From contig CAXXVS010000002.1 of NCBI GenBank assembly GCA_963674755.2, positions 2,368,001 to 2,432,000 of the forward strand: a stretch of 64,000 nt of DNA. Reading direction: 5' to 3'. Shown here in pieces: positions 56,551-64,000 of the stretch (positions within the stretch are counted from its first letter, which is position 1; the number at the start of each line of letters is the position of its first letter). The translations under genes were made by a program, and so were the position numbers. The DNA is from Desulfobacterales bacterium (GTDB taxonomy: Bacteria > Desulfobacterota > Desulfobacteria > Desulfobacterales > UBA5852). Below the pieces are notes generated by a model that did not search any database, was not told the DNA's origin, and saw only the letters and a list, made by a program, of their open reading frames with translations.

Positions 56551-56660
56551 TCCCCAATATGATCCAATCCCCTGGATGGCACACCGCTTGCGAGTTTAGT
56601 CGAGATAAAGAGGGAAATCAGGATCTCCCCCTACACCACCGGGCATAATAATCCTGTAAC

Positions 56661-56740
56661 GTGAATTTGGGATCTACCGGATGCTGGTCATCTACCTGGC
56701 AAACGGCGTCGGGGGCTTTTTCCTGCCCTATCTGGCCGGG
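56661..56740 (+). pseudogene. Internal fragment of the rhomboid gene
   Basis: Ungapped match to 49731-49810 with 7 mismatches in 80 bp. Confidence 0.85.
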
Positions 56741-56747
56741 ATGGGCA

Positions 56748-57053
56748 CTATTCGATATGGGCTTTAGCGGTCTGGAGTGCCAAGTCCTTGTCCTTTGTGA
56801 ACAGCCGCCACTTCATTTGCGATGAATGGATTCCGGCTTTCTTGTCCTGGCCTTTGCAGGAATACCAGTGCCCGAACCTTTCGACCTTGGAAAAGGGATG
56901 GTTGCCGGTGCACAAAGATCCGCAAGGATTATCCTCTTTGAAAAAAACGATTTCATCGGGGTCCGAATCAAAAGCGATGTCGGCCGGCAAATCGATTTGA
57001 GAGACATCCACCTTCTCGGCTACTTTTTCATCCAGCCAATCTGAAATTTTCAT
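56748..57053 (-). CDS. Hypothetical protein (101 aa)
   Basis: Intact ORF; diverged fragments of it occur twice more in the island. Confidence 0.7.
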   Translation of the reverse strand: MKISDWLDEKVAEKVDVSQIDLPADIAFDSDPDEIVFFKEDNPCGSLCTGNHPFSKVERFGHWYSCKGQDKKAGIHSSQMKWRLFTKDKDLALQTAKAHIE

Positions 57054-57172
57054 TGGGTTTATTTCTCTTTAAGGAATTCTACCGTGCTGCCTTTGGGGCG
57101 GCATGGTTCTCGCCGTCCCCAACAGCAGATGGTTGGGACCAAACACTGAAATATTGACAATTCGACCCAGTA

Positions 57173-57190
57173 TGTACAATTAGTTGTACA
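57173..57190. promoter_or_regulatory. YefM-type operator/promoter
   Basis: TGTACAA-ttag-TTGTACA; TTGACA at 57154 and TACAAT at 57175. Confidence 0.75.
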
Positions 57191-57202
57191 GGAGATGCCG
57201 GA

Positions 57203-57454
57203 ATGGAAGCCATAACCTATACAGCAGCAAGGCAAAACCTTGCGAAAATAATGGAAAAAGTTTGCCGAGACCGGACTCCGATGATTGTAACGCGAAAATC
57301 CTCGGAATCTGTAGTTATCATGTCTCTTGAGGACTATGAAGCCCTTGAAGAGACGGCCTATCTATTACGGTCTCCAAAAAACACCAGGCGGCTGATTGAA
57401 TCCATCGCTCAACTCGAAAACGGCAAAGGAAACGAAAAGGGGCTTATTGAGTGA
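57203..57454 (+). CDS. yefM: Phd/YefM family antitoxin
   Basis: YTAARQNLAKIMEKV, MSLEDYEALEETAYLLRSPKN..RL.ESIAQL. Confidence 0.94.
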   Translation: MEAITYTAARQNLAKIMEKVCRDRTPMIVTRKSSESVVIMSLEDYEALEETAYLLRSPKNTRRLIESIAQLENGKGNEKGLIE

Positions 57455-57705
57455 AGCTCATTTTTTCAGATCATGCCTGGAACGATTACCTCCATGGGCA
57501 AAAAACTGACCAAAAAATTCTTCGCCGTATCAACACCCTTATAATTGAAACAAAACGCAATCCTTTTGAGGGTATTGGTAAACCTGAACCTTTGAAACAT
57601 GCACTTTCCGGGTATTGGTCCAGGCGAATAAATGGCGAACATAGATTCGTTTATAAAGTTTCAGAAGATGCCATTCATATTGCTCAACTGAGATATCACT
57701 ATTGA
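57451..57705 (+). CDS. yoeB: Txe/YoeB family toxin
   Basis: AWNDYL, NPFEGIGKPEPLKHALSGYWSRRINGEHR.VY, LRYHY; GTGA overlap with yefM. Confidence 0.94.
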   Translation: MKLIFSDHAWNDYLHGQKTDQKILRRINTLIIETKRNPFEGIGKPEPLKHALSGYWSRRINGEHRFVYKVSEDAIHIAQLRYHY

Positions 57706-57746
57706 TGAATCACCCGGCGTTGAGGCTATAACCTCTGGAGGGACAA

Positions 57747-57809
57747 TGCCTGTGCAGAAAGATCCGCAAGGATTATCCTCTTTGAAAAAGACGATTTCAT
57801 CGGGGTCCG
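57747..57809 (-). pseudogene. Internal fragment of the 101-aa hypothetical gene
   Basis: About 60 bp nearly identical to 56903-56965. Confidence 0.8.
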
Positions 57810-58126
57810 GAGCATGGGGGACCAGATAGGGTACGCCCATGACTTCATGCGTTACCGTTTATCGATCTGACGCTCAATGGTGCAGCGCGCCACGGGCGTC
57901 GATTCGTGACTCTCTTGGCATAGCCTTTAACGTAGCAATAGGTATATACCCTATCAAAGCATAATCTCATGGGCGTCATCCCCCAATGATAAAAATGCGC
58001 CCTTTTAGTACCCCTTCACCCACCGGGCGGGGTAACTCCATGGGCGCATAACATTTGTCGGGCTTATGAATATATGAATGGACGTCCCGCAAAAGCTCCT
58101 ATATTGTTTTCTAAACAGAAGAAGTT

Positions 58127-60268
58127 TTAGAATTTAGAAAGATCCTTAATCTTACCATCTCGTGTATCCAAAAAAATATTTATTGCCAGTTTTTCTTTAT
58201 CATCTAAATCGCTAAAATGCGATTCCGTTCGAATTTTTCTAAGTCGTTTATCAACATCATTTAAATCTAGAAATGTTTCCACACTATCGAGACTAATCCT
58301 CCAACTAACACTTTCAACATAATCTGACATCCCATGGCTCCGGACATCAGAAAGAAAATGCTTTATGAATCGTATAAGCCCCTCGTCGGTTTTAACTAAG
58401 GATTGAACATATTTTTGCGACTGCTCTGGAGCATCCCAGCGACGCCACAAAAATAATATAGAGAGGAGGTGGTTATGTTCTGTCAATTTCCCGCTCTCTG
58501 CCCACTCTTCAATTTTTGCAAGTGCTAATTTGACTAATTCATCAAGTTGATCAGAATTCACTGTCGTATTTTCAGGCGGTTCTGGTTTTTCTTTAAAACC
58601 ATATTTCCCGTGTTGCTGACACTGCACCCCAATTTCATTAACTACTGTATAAATGCTCATTTTTGCAAAATTTATCGCACCAGCAAATATTTCGTAGCGT
58701 TTATTATGTTCTTTAAAACGATGACTCAATTGATAAAAAAGTCTTAGAATGCGCATCGGAGTACCTGTCGTGAAAAATCCACGTTCTACATCTGGAAATA
58801 TGTCTCCAACGTCCATTAGCGCATTAATTATTGGAATTATATTATTCTCAGGTATATCCTCACGTGTGTAATCTTCCATTCTCTCTAAAAACCGAATAAT
58901 TTTTTTATCTTGATTAAGTTTGATCAATTCACTGGAAAAAACTTCGGCATTATTTCCAGTTGATAGAATTCTTTCAATCTCCCTTAAGGATATTTCATCT
59001 TTAGGAATAAATAATTTAAAATATGTGTCAAAAAGATCAGGGCTGCATATCCTCCCTTGCTTTCTCCAAGACTCAAGAAAACTGTGGCTGTAGCCAACAT
59101 TTTCCATTTTAGGAAAAAGCCGCTGAAGGAAATCTCTTAAAATATCTTGTTTTAGCTCATTTATTTGCTCAAGAATCGCCTCAATTCGAGATTCTTCTTT
59201 TTGTGCTTTGTCTGAATTCCGGTAGGAATCTCTTACTCCGGAAAAAAGATCTCTATTTTCTCTGATGCTTCTATATAAATCAGGAATGAAAACCTGAACA
59301 GCTGTTATAGCAATGAAATCAATTGGATTAACTTCATCTTTAACTAAACTAAACCCGAAGCTTAATGAATTTAGATATCGATTAACATCTCTTATATTGT
59401 GGAATAAATACCTAAGACCACTGTGATAGATATTACCCCAATATGTTTTATCCCATCGCCCCTCCGGGATGTCTTTAATAAGTTCATCCAATTTTTTAAA
59501 AAGAAAATGCTCTACTTCCTTTTTGGATATTTGTGGGATTTCAAAAGGAACTTGAATAACTTTTTCCAAGTAATCATTTCCAGAGCCTTCTTGAACTTTT
59601 TTTAAAGCATTTATGACTACATCCTTATCAAAGGATAGTAGATAAATTGTATTCGGAAAATCAGCTAGCGATTTTACGAGCTGAAATATTTGCCTAATTT
59701 CAGTATTATTTAGTCTATCTATATCGTCTATGACTATAATAATTTTTGTATCAAAATCGCTGAGTAAGACATTAAGGTCGCTTTTTATGGCACTCAGGTT
59801 TTTCAATGATTCTTCCCCGGCTTTTTCTGACGCCTTTCCAACCCCTTTTAGAGCCTTCGCGATTTTTCCGATAAATGAAATTGTAGGTACATACTCAAAT
59901 GGTTCAAAAAACCTTGAATATTTTTGAATAGTTTGTCCTATTTTTATGTGTTTTTCAGCTGAATCATCTCTACATAGAACCAAGGAAAGTTCGTTAAAGA
60001 ATTGTTGGATAAGTTGGTTTTGGTCCGAAAAATTCCACGGATTGAATTTTATTATCAAGGGTTTTTTTTGTGACGAAAAAGATCGTATTTCCTCCAAAGT
60101 CAAATTAATGAGTGATGTTTTTCCGGAACCCCATTTGCCAAACAATCCTACAGAAATACTATCTTCTAATTCGTAACTCAAAACTGCTTTTGCAAGTGCT
60201 CTCGCAAATGAGTGCCGACCAAGTAGATCTTCACTATGGCTATTTATTGGCTGATCTGCGCTAAACAT
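58127..60268 (-). CDS. KAP-family P-loop NTPase
   Basis: DLLGR, GKWGSGKTS, FNPWNF, IIVIDDIDRL, YLEKVIQVPF, NIRDVNR; visibly AT-rich. Confidence 0.9.
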   Translation of the reverse strand: MFSADQPINSHSEDLLGRHSFARALAKAVLSYELEDSISVGLFGKWGSGKTSLINLTLEEIRSFSSQKKPLIIKFNPWNFSDQNQLIQQFFNELSLVLCRDDSAEKHIKIGQTIQKYSRFFEPFEYVPTISFIGKIAKALKGVGKASEKAGEESLKNLSAIKSDLNVLLSDFDTKIIIVIDDIDRLNNTEIRQIFQLVKSLADFPNTIYLLSFDKDVVINALKKVQEGSGNDYLEKVIQVPFEIPQISKKEVEHFLFKKLDELIKDIPEGRWDKTYWGNIYHSGLRYLFHNIRDVNRYLNSLSFGFSLVKDEVNPIDFIAITAVQVFIPDLYRSIRENRDLFSGVRDSYRNSDKAQKEESRIEAILEQINELKQDILRDFLQRLFPKMENVGYSHSFLESWRKQGRICSPDLFDTYFKLFIPKDEISLREIERILSTGNNAEVFSSELIKLNQDKKIIRFLERMEDYTREDIPENNIIPIINALMDVGDIFPDVERGFFTTGTPMRILRLFYQLSHRFKEHNKRYEIFAGAINFAKMSIYTVVNEIGVQCQQHGKYGFKEKPEPPENTTVNSDQLDELVKLALAKIEEWAESGKLTEHNHLLSILFLWRRWDAPEQSQKYVQSLVKTDEGLIRFIKHFLSDVRSHGMSDYVESVSWRISLDSVETFLDLNDVDKRLRKIRTESHFSDLDDKEKLAINIFLDTRDGKIKDLSKF

Positions 60269-60297
60269 ATTTAATTAACTCGTGATTTATTTTAGAC

Positions 60298-60363
60298 ATT
60301 TAACGGCTTGGCTGTGGGGCGCGCGGATTTTTGCGCGTTCCACAGCCAAGCCGATTGTTAGCT
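60298..60363 (-). other. attC-like integron cassette recombination site
   Basis: Minus strand reads AGCTAAC-aatc-GGCTTGGCTGTGG-aa-CGCGC-aaaaatcc-GCGCG-cc-CCACAGCCAAGCC-GTTAAAT. It abuts the upstream TGA and has a perfect GTTRRRY. Confidence 0.65.
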
Positions 60364-60900
60364 TCAATCTTTAATGAGTTTATTGTGTGGAATATCAACT
60401 GCGTACCAAGCAGAGCATTCAACAGGTTCAGGATTGCTATTTTCAGCAATTATATAGTGTAAATCAATTGTTTCGCCTGCAGGAATTTTCTTCAGTGGAA
60501 CATTTAGCCCGTCTTTTTGATATTCTACGAGTGCCAATGGGTCTTCCAGAAATTCAATCCAAGGCATTCGTCTCGATAGGGCTTCACCATCCTCAGTTCC
60601 AACGACAACAATTCCTTGCTTCCCTTCCCAAGATTGAGCATCCAGACACTCACCTGATTCCGGTCCTCCCTTTATTTCTGTGTCGAATCGGCAGCTAAAA
60701 TCGAGGTGTTCGAAGCCTGTCAATGAAAATGCCCGCAAGAAAACAGCCCTAACTCGTTGCACTGACATGCCTGGTGGTAGGATCGGTTCAGGTTTCAGAA
60801 CCTGAAGCTCGATTGTATATTCGCCGTCAAGACTGGGCACGGCTCGTACAATAAAATGTATCTGCCCCAGAGCTGTAGATAGTGTTTTTGAGTTTTCCAT
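60364..60900 (-). CDS. Hypothetical protein (cassette-like)
   Basis: 178-aa AT-rich ORF whose stop directly precedes the attC-like site. Confidence 0.7.
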   Translation of the reverse strand: MENSKTLSTALGQIHFIVRAVPSLDGEYTIELQVLKPEPILPPGMSVQRVRAVFLRAFSLTGFEHLDFSCRFDTEIKGGPESGECLDAQSWEGKQGIVVVGTEDGEALSRRMPWIEFLEDPLALVEYQKDGLNVPLKKIPAGETIDLHYIIAENSNPEPVECSAWYAVDIPHNKLIKD

Positions 60901-61188
60901 AGGGGAGCAAACTAGTGATTAACAGGAATTTTTTCCGAATATTGGATATTGACGGAATTTTGGTTTGTATTTTAGCGCCATATTTCCCATTTGCGTCGGC
61001 AGGAAATTGTCAATTGGTGTGTCCTAGTCGGCATTGACCGAAGGCACTTGCGGCGCCATTGCGGCGTTCTGGGGGAGGAACCGGCTTCAGAGGTGCAAAT
61101 GAATCGTTGTTTTCCGTGGCCTGTATCTTGGCAGACCAGTGGAAATTTCTATAAAAGCGTGACTTTTTATAAGCCGACCCGCGTCCAG

Positions 61189-61659
61189 CTAAACCGGGCA
61201 ACGATCCTTCAAATCGACGGCTGTCGGCGCCATTGGGGGCAGGACGCGCACGATCTTGGGGCGGTAGGCCCGGTCCTGGCCCATGCGGTTGCCCTTGACG
61301 CGCACGATGGCCACGGTCAGGAAAAAGGCGGCAAAGCCCAAAATGGCCGAGCAGGCCGAGCTGTCGTAGCCATAGTACGTGGCGGCTTGGTCGCCCAGGA
61401 GGGCCCCGGCCAGCAATCCGACGACAGGGAAGACGTAGAGCAGGAAAGTGGCCTTGAGAAAGGCCGAGGTCTTGATATCAATGAGGATCCGGTCGCCGAG
61501 CTTGGCGCCCACTTCGTTGATGACTTCCACTTCCGTATCCTCCCGCTGGCCATTGCAGCTCCCGCAGGAGGGGCAGCTGGCGCAGGCCTCGGAAGGCAGG
61601 GTGCGAACCCAGGCCGTGCCGGGTCCTATTTTGGTAACGATGCCTTTTTCAGTAGCCAT
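61189..61659 (-). CDS. RseC/MucC (SoxR-reducing system) family protein
   Basis: EKGIVTKI..AWV...ACASC...C, GAKLGDRI, LLYVFP, two TM segments; downstream of rnfB. Confidence 0.85.
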   Translation of the reverse strand: MATEKGIVTKIGPGTAWVRTLPSEACASCPSCGSCNGQREDTEVEVINEVGAKLGDRILIDIKTSAFLKATFLLYVFPVVGLLAGALLGDQAATYYGYDSSACSAILGFAAFFLTVAIVRVKGNRMGQDRAYRPKIVRVLPPMAPTAVDLKDRCPV

Positions 61660-61776
61660 ATTTAAAAATCAACCCTTATTTAAAAATGAAGCCTTCGGCT
61701 TAATTTTTAAATCATTTTAAAGCATTAGTAGATTACCTCTATCCAGCAACAGACCGTGTCATATCCCAAACAACTT

Positions 61777-61919
61777 ATGTCCGCCCCAGAAATGAGGATT
61801 TTTTGTGCTGGTCAAGGCCGCACGAGGGTTTGCGGTGAGGCGTACGACGGTACGCCGCAGCCGCAAACCTCGCGGAGAACGACGACCAGGGCAAAAAAGA
61901 CCGTTTCTGGATCGAATAT
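61777..61919. repeat. Diverged palindromic element (family A/B hybrid features)
   Basis: Ends TGTCCGCCCCAGAAATG / CGTTTCTGGATCGAATA; central GAGGCGTACgacgGTACGCCGCA. Confidence 0.55.
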
Positions 61920-64000
61920 CAAGCGGTTTTCCGCAAGTCCTGTATCTCCGTCGTCTCCGTATGGGCGTAACAGATCAGGCCGCATTGGAGGCAGCGCGAC
62001 GCTTCGGCGCGGGTCTCTTCTTCGCTGAAACCCAGCTCCAGCTGGCCTTCACGATCGAGATCGCGTGAAGGGGCCACCGGCATGATATGACGAACCGTCG
62101 GAGCCACTTCGTAAACCGCATCCACGTTCTGGATCAGCTCGTCCGGGGTGCAGATCTTCTCCGGTACGTCGGGCGTCATGCCGTACAACATCTGGTGCAG
62201 GGAGGCGGCCGCCCGGCGCCCGGCGCCGATGGCTTTGATGGCGCCACTGTAATCCGTAATGACGTCTCCCGGCGCAAACAGGCCGATTTCGTGACTGATG
62301 TCGGCCTTTTTGTAGGGGGGTATGGCGTTCCAGCGCAGCGGCCCTTCGGCGGCGGCCGTGTTCTCGCCTTCTTCCACCTCCGGCTGGTGGCGGGTGAAAA
62401 TCAGCTCGGGGAAACGACCGGAGGCCAATACGAGGGTCTCCGCCGGCAGGGCGGTGGTTTCGCGGGTATCCACATCGGCCCAGGTCACACTGTCTAACCG
62501 ATCCTCCTCCCCGCTCAGCATCACTACGGCCGCCTTGAACACGACCTTGGCGCCGAGTTTTTCGAGAGCTTCCAGATCATCGCTTTGCAGGGGGGTCTCC
62601 TCCCGGCTTTCGCGCAGCAGCACGGTAATGCCGGAGGCGCCGCGGCGCTTGGCGATTTGGGCGGCCTCCACGGCCAGCTTGCCACCGCCCACGATCACGG
62701 CCTGCGGGTGAACCACGATACCCGGATCGTCCTTGCGGCCGAAGCGGATGAAGTCGATCAGCAGATAAGCCCCCGGAAACGGCGTTTGCAGGACACCGGC
62801 TTCGTTGCGTGCCAGACGGCTGTCCCAACCCCCGGAAGCCAGAAAGACCGTTTCGAAACCCTCTTTGAGCAGATCGGTCACGGTGAAGTCACGGCCCATG
62901 GCCTGGTTCAGCCGGGCCTCGACGCCCATCTCCAGGATGCCCTCGATATCCCAGTCCAGGATCTCATGGGACAACCGGTAGCGGGAAATGGCACTGCGCA
63001 GCAGGCCGCCCATCTGGGCCGTGGCCTCGTAGACCACCGGCGAATGCCCCAGGCGGGCGCTGAAAAAGGCGGTGGAAAGCCCTTCCACGCCGCCGCCCAC
63101 CACTGCGATGCGGCGGCCGGTTTCCGGCGCCTTGAAGGGTTGGATGCGCTCGCCGCTTTGGCGTTCGGCGTCGGCCACAAAGCGTTTGACGTAGTTGATG
63201 GCCACGGGTTCGTCCACATACTGCCGCCGACACTGGTCTTCACAGGGCCGCGGACAGATGCGCCCGATGACTGTCGGGAAGGGGTTGCGCTCCTTGATGA
63301 CCTGCACGGAGCCCTTGTAATCCCCTTCGGCCGCCAAACGGAGATATTCCCGGATATTGATGCCGGCCGGACAGGCCCGCTGGCAGGGGGTGGTGCATTC
63401 GTCGCTCAGGTATTCCTTGAGGATCCGGCGGGTGACCGACGAGAGGTTGATGATGGTCTTGGGGCAGACCCGCTCGCAGGTGCCGCAGCCGGTGCATTTC
63501 AGCTCGTCCACCACCGGCAGGCCTTCGGGACCCATGGTGATGGCGTTGAAGGGGCAGGCCCGGGCGCAGGTGCCCAGCCCGAGGCAGCCGATATTGCAGA
63601 CCTTCATGCCGCCCGCCAGCAAAGCCACGGCCCGGCAGTCGTTCAGGCCGTCGTAGCGATATTTGGTGTCGGCATCCTTGACGCCGTAAGTGCACCCCGG
63701 CGCGGCGATATCCGGCTCCTTGGCCTCGACACTGACGCCCAGTACGCCAGCAATGGCTTCGGCGGTCTCGGGAGGAGCGGCGACACAGGAGTTCGGCGCG
63801 GCGCGACCCGCCACGATGGCCTCCGCATTGGCGCTGCACCCCGGCAGTCCGCAGCCGCCGCAATTGGCACCGGGCAGCAAGTCTTCCACGGCCAGAATTT
63901 TGGGATCGACATAGACATAGAAAATTTTCGATGCCGCCGCCAGCAGGATGCCGACGGTCACACCCAGACCGCCCAGTAGTATCAGTGCTTGAAGTATTGA
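61919..64000 (-). CDS. rnfB: RnfB electron-transport subunit fused to GltD-like FAD oxidoreductase domain (5' end outside window)
   Basis: N-terminal TM, LPGANCGGCG.PGC, ferredoxin CxxCxxCxxxCP motifs, PCQRACPAG, GRICPRPCE..C, YE...MGGLL, EASRCLQCG. Confidence 0.88.
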   Translation of the reverse strand, partial: SILQALILLGGLGVTVGILLAAASKIFYVYVDPKILAVEDLLPGANCGGCGLPGCSANAEAIVAGRAAPNSCVAAPPETAEAIAGVLGVSVEAKEPDIAAPGCTYGVKDADTKYRYDGLNDCRAVALLAGGMKVCNIGCLGLGTCARACPFNAITMGPEGLPVVDELKCTGCGTCERVCPKTIINLSSVTRRILKEYLSDECTTPCQRACPAGINIREYLRLAAEGDYKGSVQVIKERNPFPTVIGRICPRPCEDQCRRQYVDEPVAINYVKRFVADAERQSGERIQPFKAPETGRRIAVVGGGVEGLSTAFFSARLGHSPVVYEATAQMGGLLRSAISRYRLSHEILDWDIEGILEMGVEARLNQAMGRDFTVTDLLKEGFETVFLASGGWDSRLARNEAGVLQTPFPGAYLLIDFIRFGRKDDPGIVVHPQAVIVGGGKLAVEAAQIAKRRGASGITVLLRESREETPLQSDDLEALEKLGAKVVFKAAVVMLSGEEDRLDSVTWADVDTRETTALPAETLVLASGRFPELIFTRHQPEVEEGENTAAAEGPLRWNAIPPYKKADISHEIGLFAPGDVITDYSGAIKAIGAGRRAAASLHQMLYGMTPDVPEKICTPDELIQNVDAVYEVAPTVRHIMPVAPSRDLDREGQLELGFSEEETRAEASRCLQCGLICYAHTETTEIQDLRKTA

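Noticed and set aside
50150..61000. Prophage or ICE
   Set aside because: No integrase, phage structural, replication or conjugation genes, and no tRNA in the window.

Overview
GC-rich bacterial chromosome segment, probably a sulfate-reducing Desulfobacterota (Desulfobacterales-like). This is inferred from the RnfB-flavoprotein fusion, the tungstate transporter, the Zn-ribbon PilZ protein and the style of intergenic repeats. Contents in order: tupB(partial)/tupA, a PAS gene, moeA-mobA, an RND pump pair, a Ca/Na antiporter, an acyl-CoA ligase, a GT4 glycosyltransferase, PilZ, serC and hisD. Next is a ~14 kb minus-strand taurine/aminosulfonate catabolic cluster (ridA, thrC-like, GntR, xsc, MMSDH-like dehydrogenase, USP, 5-gene ABC transporter, tpa, ald), then degV, gltA, uraA-upp and priA. 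A secreted DUF1573-type gene is split in the ORF track by an in-frame TGA at a conserved Cys position, followed by a SECIS-like hairpin, so it is a probable selenoprotein. After HAD, polA and rhomboid lies an ~11 kb accessory island with two yefM-yoeB pairs, a hipA interrupted by a complete IS21 with a 5-bp target duplication, a KAP NTPase, attC-like sites without an integrase, and duplicated gene fragments. The window ends with rseC and a partial rnfB fusion. A family of 125-215 bp palindromic MITE-like elements is scattered through the window, several overlapping TAG stop codons. All calls come from reading motifs by eye; no database searches were run.
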